Assembly: GCA_028276005.1 (NCBI GenBank)
Contig: JAPWTO010000001.1
Span: 1 to 56,052 of the forward strand
Length of the DNA: 56,052 nt
Origin: Acidilobus sp.
GTDB taxonomy: Archaea > Thermoproteota > Thermoprotei_A > Sulfolobales > Acidilobaceae
Direction of reading: 5' to 3'
Below the pieces are notes generated by a model. That model saw only the letters and a program-made list of their open reading frames with translations, was not told the DNA's origin and ran no database searches. The position numbers and the translations under genes are program-made. The first letter of the stretch is position 1, and each line of letters opens with the position of its first letter. This document shows, one piece after another, positions 48,793-56,052 of the stretch.

Positions 48793-48926
48793 ATTTTTCT
48801 CCTAGGGCCCTTTGTGTAACTTTTGCCCTTCTCCCCCCTTAATAACTGGCCTTTGACATTAAACTGGGGCCCAGGACGGAAGGACGAGAGGTCAGGGGCA
48901 AGGTTGGCGAGAGGCTCAGAACGGCA

Positions 48927-51900
48927 GTGGCCAGGCTCTCGCTAACGCTGATGAAGGGCCTCGGCGTCACTCCTGAGGATCTCCTGCCTTACGCCCTGAG
49001 GCAACACGTACGGCCTACCGAAATATCTTCGCTGGTCAGGTCCCTCAGGTCATGCCCCAGGGACTCCATGAGCATATCACAGGAGCTGGCTGGCTTAGGC
49101 CTCTACGAGGACGTAATTTACATGGCCCACGTGCTGAGGTGCCCGGTCTCAACGGAGGCAGTAGTCAGGTCAAGGGCTGGCCTCCTGGCCCTGGGCGAGC
49201 CGAAGTGGGAGGCCAGGGCGGCGGCGCTGTTGGGCGAGGCGCCCAGGCTGTCAAGGTTATCCCTCGTTATGTCGGCGTTCTGCGCAGGCGACGAGGCAGA
49301 GGTTTACGTCGACGGCATTGTAGTCAGGGTGCCTCCTCCCGAGGCCAGGTGGAGGTCGCCCCCCGTACGCGAGCTTCTCGAGAGGATAGCCTCGCTGAGC
49401 GGCGCCGAGGTCCTATTGTCGTGGGGCTGCGGCCTAAGGGGGTTCATGGACGTAAAGGCCCTGGCAGAGCTGGCGTTCCCTGACGTAGAGCCGACATTGC
49501 CGGCCCTTATGTACGCGCTTGGCGTCAGCCCCTCGGCGAGCCCACCCGAGGCCGTGCTTGCCATAGCTAAGATCGCCGCGGACGTCCTAGCGAGGGCCGG
49601 GGTAGAGTGGAGGAGGCTCCCTGAGACCGTCAGGGAGGCGTGGGCCCTGGCCCTCGTACACGAGTTGCCAGGACTGCCTAGCGCACCTAGGGCCATATTG
49701 GTCACTGACAGGCCCAGGGCCCTGGCCAGGGTCTGGAGACCCTTCAGGTTAGACCTGGGCAAGGCGCTTGACAGCGCTGCAGACTACGTGACCGTTGCCT
49801 CGCTTACGTCGCTGGCCCTCAGAGGGGGAGACCCGCTAAGGGTCCTGAGGCAGGCCTCAAGCTTAGCTCACGGAAGGCAGCTGGAGGCGGCCGTGAGGTC
49901 CTCTATTGTGGTTAACCCTGAGCCGCCCTCCTCAGGGGACCAGGTCGAGCCGTGGGACCTAAGGTGTCTCCCAGGGCCTATTGACTTTAATGAAGTCGAT
50001 GTGGACTGCGTCAGGCCCGTCAAGGAGTGCCTCTCAGCAGGGCCTCCGGCTGACGAAGTCAAGCTGCTCAAGTCCCTTGGCGTCACCTGCGAGGCCTCGC
50101 ATGATGGGGCTTACGAGGGCCTTGCGTCGAAGGCCGCGGCGCCCAAGGGTAAGGTCAAGACGATACCCCTTGGGGCTGAGGGGGGCCTGGAGGCCCTGAG
50201 GTCCATCGCGTGGACCGTCAAAGCGTTGTCACAGGGCAGGAGGCTTCTCGTCATAACCCCCAACAGGCTCTTGGCCAAGGTCCTCTCGAGGGGCGGTGGA
50301 AGCCTTAGCGCAGGGCAAGAGCTAGACTCATGGCTGCTCAGGGGAGGCCCCCTGGTCTTAAGCCTTGACGAGGCCTATGAGAGGCCTGGGGTCGTAGCTG
50401 CCGCCGAAGCAGTGCTGCTGCTTATGCCCGAGAGGTACAGGTCGTCCTCCCTAGACCCCGACGTAACCCTTGAGGAGCTGAAGTCCATAACTGTTGAGAG
50501 GGCCCTGAGGCTTGGCGCCTACGTCCTCACGAGGGCCTGGGACCCCGCAGATGCCGTGGCGGAGCCGTTCCTGGTGCCCTCAGGCCAGTCAGAGGTTCAC
50601 GTAACGCCTGATGACCTCATGGAGTACGCTGTGGAGCTCTTCAGGTCCTCGTGGGGCGGCTCCAGGCTCAGGCCGTATCAGGAGACCTCCTTGAGGCTCC
50701 TCTTCGAGATGGCCGTAAGGGGGCCTCCCTCGGTTGAGTTCGTGATACTGCCCACGGGGGCCGGTAAGAGCGCTATATTCCAGCTCGCCGCGAGGGCGCT
50801 CGCCGACGCTGGGCTCGGGTCCTCAGCCCTTGTCGTCAGTCCCCTCAGGGCGCTGATGCATGACCAGGTGAGGGGCGCTAGGGGGAGGGGCTTCCTCACG
50901 TCGTTCATCGACTCCACGGTTCCTGAGAAGAGGAGGGAGGAGGACGTAGAGAAGGCCAGGAGGGGCTTCCTGGACCTCATCTACGTGACGCCTGAGGCCG
51001 CCAGCTCGGGCGCCGCCAGCCCGCTGCTCGACAACGAGAGGGGGTTAGCCCTGGTGGTCCTCGACGAGGCCCACGCGGTCTCCAGGTGGGGCCTCAGCTT
51101 CAGGCCCAGCTACCTGAGGCTCGCTGAGGCCGTCAGGAACTCGAGGGGGAAGGACGGCTGGCCCCCTATCATAGCGCTGACGGCCTCAGCGCCAAAGGAC
51201 GTCGTGAGTGACGTGTTGAGGGCGCTGGGCTTTGAGGGGTTTGAGGAGGTCAAGGTGGACCTCTCGCACAGGAGGCTTGAGGGCATAAGTTACAGGGGGG
51301 TGCCAGTGGTCCTGAGGGCCCCTGCCCTTAGGCCTGAGATAGAGGTTGATATCGTCCCTGCGCCGGCTGGAAGGGAGAGGCTCAGGGCCGTCGAGGACCT
51401 CGTTAAGGAGCTGTCGAGCTGGGCCGACAGGGTTGGACGCCCATGGATAGGCATAGTGTTCGTGCCGTTCGTTGAGAGCAGGGAGGCGCCTTGGCTGAAC
51501 GCCGACTACGTCGCCAGGTACCTCTCATCAAGGCTCGGCGTGAGGGTCGCGAGGTACCACGGGAAGCTAAGCGACAGGGAGAGGAGACTAGTCGAGGAGG
51601 CAGTGATAAGGGCCTCAAGGGGCTCCGCCAGCGACCCAAACATAGTGGTCGCCACCAAGGCCTTTGGGATGGGTGTTGACATACCTAACGTGAGGTGGAC
51701 CCTGCACGTTATGCCCAGCGCGAGCGTTGAGGACCTCTACCAGGAGATAGGCAGGGCGGGCAGGGACGGCAGGCCCTCAAGGGCCGTCGTACTTTACAAC
51801 CCCTCTGACGTGGACTTCCTGCTGGGGCTCGCCAGGCATAACGTGGTCAGGCCCTCAGAGGTCATGTCCCTGGTGAGGTCGCTCAGGGCCCTGTCAAGGC

Positions 51901-52829
51901 TCTTCCCAAAGGGGTCCCCCTTGCCCGTGCCGCTGACAAGGAACGGCCCGGGGACTGCTGACATAAGGCACCTTGACGTCCTCAGGGTCTCAGGGCTCCT
52001 TGACTATGAGGTGGCTGAGGGCCCTCTGACGTTCATAGACGATAAGGAGGCCTGCAGGGGGAATGGGTGGCATATACCCCTGCGGGGCGGGGGCTGCATG
52101 GTAAGGGCTGAGGAGGGGGAGCCAGCGACCGTCTGCATAAGGGAGGACAAGGCCTCTTTAGGCCCTGTCAGCGGCGATCAGTGCGAGGCCCTCTGGGCAT
52201 ACCGGGGTCCTGTGGCCCTGGTCTACCTCGAGGAAGCGCCTGACGACGAAGTCCTGCCGCCTGAGGCCTTCGCGGCCTCACTGTGGCTCTCGAGGCGTGA
52301 GGTCAAGAAGGTGACCGAGGTCAAGGGGGTCATAGAGGAGGCCCTGGCGGCCAGGTCAAGGGCTGGACCCTTTGCAGCAAGCGAGGTCATAAAGAGGCTG
52401 ATGGACTCCAGGCTGGCCCAGAGCTTCGACATGCCCAGGCTGGCCCCAAGGCTTGGCGACGTCAGGACCTGCAGCTCCCTGCAGGAGTGCCTTGACCTAG
52501 CAGTTGACGAGGTCCACAGGCTGGCGGAGGCCTTCGGTTACGACTTCGTTACGCTCGCGGCCACGGACTCCCTGGTCAAGGCCTTCGTGGCCAAGTACGT
52601 CAGGCTCTACGGCCGCGTGCCGCAGGCCTCCGCCAGGGCCTACTCGAGGTTCCTGAGGTACCTGAGGGAGGGCGACATTGATAGGCTCATGGACATGGGC
52701 TACCTTATAGTGCTCGCCAGGAGGAGGGCGGAGCTCGAGAGGCTGCTGAGGAGGCTGAGGGACTACCCATATTATGTCGCATTCCTCTACGAAGGCGGCG
52801 GAAAGGCCCGTGAGCGTAAGGGCTCTTAG
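48927..52829 (+). CDS. Large RecQ-family SF2 helicase with long N- and C-terminal extensions
   Basis: LRPYQ, LPTGAGKS, VSPLRALMHDQV, DEAHAVSRWGLSFRPSY, ALTASA, VATKAFGMGVD, YQEIGRAGRDG. Confidence 0.88.
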   Translation: MARLSLTLMKGLGVTPEDLLPYALRQHVRPTEISSLVRSLRSCPRDSMSISQELAGLGLYEDVIYMAHVLRCPVSTEAVVRSRAGLLALGEPKWEARAAALLGEAPRLSRLSLVMSAFCAGDEAEVYVDGIVVRVPPPEARWRSPPVRELLERIASLSGAEVLLSWGCGLRGFMDVKALAELAFPDVEPTLPALMYALGVSPSASPPEAVLAIAKIAADVLARAGVEWRRLPETVREAWALALVHELPGLPSAPRAILVTDRPRALARVWRPFRLDLGKALDSAADYVTVASLTSLALRGGDPLRVLRQASSLAHGRQLEAAVRSSIVVNPEPPSSGDQVEPWDLRCLPGPIDFNEVDVDCVRPVKECLSAGPPADEVKLLKSLGVTCEASHDGAYEGLASKAAAPKGKVKTIPLGAEGGLEALRSIAWTVKALSQGRRLLVITPNRLLAKVLSRGGGSLSAGQELDSWLLRGGPLVLSLDEAYERPGVVAAAEAVLLLMPERYRSSSLDPDVTLEELKSITVERALRLGAYVLTRAWDPADAVAEPFLVPSGQSEVHVTPDDLMEYAVELFRSSWGGSRLRPYQETSLRLLFEMAVRGPPSVEFVILPTGAGKSAIFQLAARALADAGLGSSALVVSPLRALMHDQVRGARGRGFLTSFIDSTVPEKRREEDVEKARRGFLDLIYVTPEAASSGAASPLLDNERGLALVVLDEAHAVSRWGLSFRPSYLRLAEAVRNSRGKDGWPPIIALTASAPKDVVSDVLRALGFEGFEEVKVDLSHRRLEGISYRGVPVVLRAPALRPEIEVDIVPAPAGRERLRAVEDLVKELSSWADRVGRPWIGIVFVPFVESREAPWLNADYVARYLSSRLGVRVARYHGKLSDRERRLVEEAVIRASRGSASDPNIVVATKAFGMGVDIPNVRWTLHVMPSASVEDLYQEIGRAGRDGRPSRAVVLYNPSDVDFLLGLARHNVVRPSEVMSLVRSLRALSRLFPKGSPLPVPLTRNGPGTADIRHLDVLRVSGLLDYEVAEGPLTFIDDKEACRGNGWHIPLRGGGCMVRAEEGEPATVCIREDKASLGPVSGDQCEALWAYRGPVALVYLEEAPDDEVLPPEAFAASLWLSRREVKKVTEVKGVIEEALAARSRAGPFAASEVIKRLMDSRLAQSFDMPRLAPRLGDVRTCSSLQECLDLAVDEVHRLAEAFGYDFVTLAATDSLVKAFVAKYVRLYGRVPQASARAYSRFLRYLREGDIDRLMDMGYLIVLARRRAELERLLRRLRDYPYYVAFLYEGGGKARERKGS

Positions 52830-53364
52830 GTTCCTTGGCATAGCGGCCGCGGTCCTGGCCTGGGCAGTCATAGCCGTGAGCGTTGCTATCAACAGGTGGT
52901 TCTCGCCAATGGTGAACCCCTTCAGCGACCTCGGGGGGCCGAGGGCCACTGACCCCTGGGTCTACAACTACGGCATGATATCGGTGGGAGCGTTGATAAT
53001 TGCCTTCGGCAGCTACGTAATTTACATCACGGAGGAGAAGCTGTTACACGTGGCGGCCTCATTCATGTTCGTGGCGGGCCTGTTCCTGGCCCTCGTAGGG
53101 GTCTTCCATGAAGGCACCTACCCTCACGTCTTTGTGTCCCAGTGGTTCTTCGCACAGATGGACATGACGGCCCTCGCCTGGGGGCTTGGCTCTGTCGTGA
53201 AGGGCAAGGCTAAAACGGGCCTGGCGGAGCTAGCCATAGGCGTCGTCGGCCCCCTGGGGGGCGTGCTTGTGAGGTGGCCGCCAGGCGCCCTAATAGAGGC
53301 CTACGGTATAATCCTCATAGACGCCTTCGTGGCCCTGGCGACGGCAGATATCTCAAGGCATTAG
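52810..53364 (+). CDS. DUF998 family membrane protein
   Basis: NPFSDLG, VYNYG, LVGVFHEG, HVFVS. Start GTG 52810. Confidence 0.8.
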   Translation: MSVRALRFLGIAAAVLAWAVIAVSVAINRWFSPMVNPFSDLGGPRATDPWVYNYGMISVGALIIAFGSYVIYITEEKLLHVAASFMFVAGLFLALVGVFHEGTYPHVFVSQWFFAQMDMTALAWGLGSVVKGKAKTGLAELAIGVVGPLGGVLVRWPPGALIEAYGIILIDAFVALATADISRH

Positions 53365-53365
53365 C

Positions 53366-53791
53366 TCACTCAGTGATGTAACCTGCCGAGGCCAGGTACC
53401 TCTCGGTCAGGTCTACGACGTCTCTTGAGGTTATTATGCCCACCAGGCGCCCCTCGCTGTCAACCACTGGGAGGTGCCTTACCTTCTTCTCGGCCATGAG
53501 CTCTATGGCCTTTGAGAGGGGCTCCGTTGACTTTATTGTGACGGGGTTCCTCGTCATGACCGACCCAACCTGGGTCTCATGCGGCAGCCCCTCGGCGACG
53601 ACGCGGGTCAGGTCCCTCTCGGTGAAGATCCCTATCACTGTCCTCTCAGGCATTATCACCACGACGCTGCCCGTGCCCGTCCTATACATGAGGGCGGCCG
53701 CCTCCTTCACTGTCTGGTTAGGAAAAACTGTAGCGACGTCCTTCCGGGCCACATCACCTACCCGGGCCGTCCAGGCCGACAAACCTCTCAC
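53366..53791 (-). CDS. CBS-pair domain protein
   Basis: GIFTERD, VMTRNPVT, VRHLPVVD, GIITSRD. Confidence 0.92.
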   Translation of the reverse strand: MRGLSAWTARVGDVARKDVATVFPNQTVKEAAALMYRTGTGSVVVIMPERTVIGIFTERDLTRVVAEGLPHETQVGSVMTRNPVTIKSTEPLSKAIELMAEKKVRHLPVVDSEGRLVGIITSRDVVDLTERYLASAGYITE

Positions 53792-53868
53792 CGGTAGTTC
53801 TAGGGTGGGAGTTTTTAATAAATGTTAGCCTATAGAGCTCGCGCTTCACGCCCTTAAAGGGCCCCGCT

Positions 53869-54678
53869 TCACCTCTTGCAGACGCGAGCTATCTCGCCCT
53901 CGGCCCTCGCGAAAGCCCTGTGGGGCGCCCTCTCGTAGTTCCACTCCCTCTTGGTGTACTTCTCATTATAGAGGACGTTGGCGATCTCCAGCTCCTCAGG
54001 GGTCAGGAGGGAGAGCCTGTAGGAGTTGTAGCCCAGGAGCTTAGAGAACGACTCGGCCAGGCGCCCAACGATATCGTCGACTGTGACGCGGCCGAGCTCG
54101 GAGAGGTTCGTGACCCTGTACTTAACGCTTGAGACCCCCTTGTCTATAAGCTTCTTGGCTGGCACCTTAAGGACTGACGCTAGCCTAGCGAGGTCTGTCG
54201 AGACCAGCATCGCGCCGTGGAAGAAGACGGAGCCCCACGAGATGGTCGCGGCCGTCCCGCTGACCTTACGGCCTGAGACCACTACGTCATTTACGTTCTG
54301 CACCTCGGCGCTGAAGCCGAGCGACCTGAGGGCCTCGACGGGCCCCCTCAGTAGCTCGCTGAAGACGTAGTCGAGGCTTGCTGGCCTTCCTGAGGCCGAC
54401 AGGGAGAGCGCGTAGTTGAGGTTGCCTAGGTCATGGTAGACGGCGCCCCCGCCCGTGAACCTCCTCACTACGGCCGCCCCCATGGCCTCAGCGACGTCAA
54501 GGTTCACCTCCTCCTCGGCCCTCTGGAAGTAGCCTATTATCACGGCGTTGGCGTTCCTCCAGAGCCTCAGCGTGTCGCCAACTATGTCGCAGCCCCTGGC
54601 CCTCGGTATGGCCTCCTCCACGGCCATGTTGAAGTAGGGGTCCTCGGGCTCCTCGAAGGTCACGACGCGGAGGCTCAC
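53869..54678 (-). CDS. lplA: Lipoate-protein ligase catalytic subunit
   Basis: NMAVEEA, LRLWRN, RRFTGGGAVYHDLG, GRKVSG, HG. Confidence 0.93.
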   Translation of the reverse strand: MSLRVVTFEEPEDPYFNMAVEEAIPRARGCDIVGDTLRLWRNANAVIIGYFQRAEEEVNLDVAEAMGAAVVRRFTGGGAVYHDLGNLNYALSLSASGRPASLDYVFSELLRGPVEALRSLGFSAEVQNVNDVVVSGRKVSGTAATISWGSVFFHGAMLVSTDLARLASVLKVPAKKLIDKGVSSVKYRVTNLSELGRVTVDDIVGRLAESFSKLLGYNSYRLSLLTPEELEIANVLYNEKYTKREWNYERAPHRAFARAEGEIARVCKR

Positions 54679-54953
54679 ATCTCACCACCTCTTATGGCGC
54701 ACATGACGGCGTCGACGAAGTCGTCAACGGTGACGCCAGTCATGCTGGCCCTCGAGAGCGCCGAGGCGAGGGCGGCCCTGACCTCGCTCTCTGTCGCCCT
54801 GACGCCTATGAGCCTTGACTCGGCCTCAAAGACGGAGTCCTCAGGCAGGACCATGAAGTCACCCGTTATTGAGACATCAACTATCCTGCCCTCGTCAATG
54901 ACTACCTTGACCCTTATGAGGCCCTTCCTGGCCTTCACTTCACAGACAGACAA
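54675..54953 (-). CDS. lplB: Lipoate-protein ligase accessory subunit (C-terminal domain)
   Basis: KGLIRV, ITGDF; stop overlaps the lplA start. Confidence 0.82.
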   Translation of the reverse strand: MSVCEVKARKGLIRVKVVIDEGRIVDVSITGDFMVLPEDSVFEAESRLIGVRATESEVRAALASALSRASMTGVTVDDFVDAVMCAIRGGEM

Positions 54954-54955
54954 GG

Positions 54956-56052
54956 CTAGGCCCTGATAGCCTTAAGGAGCTCCTTTTTAATGTTCATGCG
55001 CCTGTGGCCGAATATCCTCTCGTCCATCTGCTCAGGCTCCCTCCTGATTACTGGTCTGAACTCCATCTTGGCCAGGACGTCCTTCTCTAGGTTGACGCCA
55101 GGCGCCACCTCCAGGAGCTCAGGGCCCTCGGGCGTTAGCCTGAAGACCGCCCTCTCAGTTATGTAAAGGACCCTCTTGCCCTGCTCGAGCATGACCTTTG
55201 AGGAGCAGCCCACCTTGTCGACCTTCTTGACGAACTTTATTATTTCCCCATCGCTGACTATCTTGAGCCTCCCATTCCCTATTTCATACTTTGCGCCCTT
55301 CCCTGCCGTGAAGAGGCCCGCATAGTAGATCTCGGGGGCGCCTGAGGCTATGGCTGGGAAGCCTCCAGGCCCTGGCATCCTGTCCTTAGCGTAGAAGGAG
55401 TTCACGTTGCCCTGGGCGTCGATCTGCAGGAACCCTAGCGAGGCCGCGTCTATGACGCCTCCCTCGTACATGGTGAACTGGTCAGGGACCGAGATCACTG
55501 CGAAGGCGCCGAGCGAGACGCCAAAGTCAGGCCCGTAGAGGGGCCTGCCGCCCCACGTGCCCGACTCGACGGTGATCGTTATGAGATCCTCTACCTCCTC
55601 TTCAGCCACCACCTCGCCCACCATGGCGGGTATGCCGACGCCTAGGTTGACCACTATAGGCCTGCCGTACTTAATTACCAGGTTAGCCAGCTCAAGCGTT
55701 ATCCTCCTGGCCACGACCTTCCTCTCGCTGAGCGGCATCTCTGACGTAGGTCTCTCCATAGGAGGTATGACCCTGCCAGCCACTATCGGGTCGTAGTCGT
55801 AGTTGTGTGACTGCCTGTGATACTCGCGAGGCGCTACAATTATGTAATCAACGAGGGGTCCTGGGACCACAACCGACTTGGGGTTCAGGGAGCCGTAGCG
55901 GGCAACCCTCAGGACCTGGGCCACAACGGTTCCCTTCTCGGGCATGGCCTTCACGGCCTGGGCGATGTTGAGCACAGTGCCGTAGGCGGCCTCGTCCTCA
56001 AGCGACAGGTTCCCTATCTCGTCAGCCGTGCTGCCCCTTATGAGGGCGAACC
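54956..56052 (-). CDS. Acyl-CoA:acetate/3-ketoacid CoA transferase (YdiF-like), 5'-partial
   Basis: VNLGVGIP, TVESG, GPGGF, YITERAVF, EVAPGV; frame stays open to the window end. Confidence 0.9.
   Translation of the reverse strand, partial: FALIRGSTADEIGNLSLEDEAAYGTVLNIAQAVKAMPEKGTVVAQVLRVARYGSLNPKSVVVPGPLVDYIIVAPREYHRQSHNYDYDPIVAGRVIPPMERPTSEMPLSERKVVARRITLELANLVIKYGRPIVVNLGVGIPAMVGEVVAEEEVEDLITITVESGTWGGRPLYGPDFGVSLGAFAVISVPDQFTMYEGGVIDAASLGFLQIDAQGNVNSFYAKDRMPGPGGFPAIASGAPEIYYAGLFTAGKGAKYEIGNGRLKIVSDGEIIKFVKKVDKVGCSSKVMLEQGKRVLYITERAVFRLTPEGPELLEVAPGVNLEKDVLAKMEFRPVIRREPEQMDERIFGHRRMNIKKELLKAIRA

Noticed and set aside
1-56052. CRISPR arrays, transposases, integrases, tRNAs and the many short antisense ORFs
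   Set aside because: No repeat-spacer periodicity or such genes were seen by eye; the short overlapping ORFs are shadows expected in GC-rich coding DNA

Overview
A gene-dense, GC-rich archaeal chromosomal window. RadA, L38e, Trm10, Gar1-TFB, an Sm protein, a stand-alone 5S rRNA, heavy AGG/ATA codon use and frequent TTG/GTG starts point to a thermophilic crenarchaeon, probably Acidilobus-like (inference). It holds about 60 mostly housekeeping CDS, a 5S rRNA, a probable C/D box sRNA and a frameshifted second copy of an alkyltransferase gene. No CRISPR array, tRNA or intact mobile element was seen. The most interesting signals are: (1) an overlapping four-gene operon (flippase-like, PIG-A-like GT4, CE4 deacetylase, archaetidylinositol-phosphate synthase) near inositol-1-phosphate synthase, resembling a GPI-precursor-like glucosaminyl-inositol lipid pathway; (2) a 1300-aa RecQ helicase with a long, degenerate exonuclease-like N-terminus; (3) a PyrF-like pseudo-enzyme coupled to an aIF2B-like gene; (4) a perfect palindrome in the promoter of a cobalamin/iron ABC operon. 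All family calls come from motif recognition by eye; no database searches were run.
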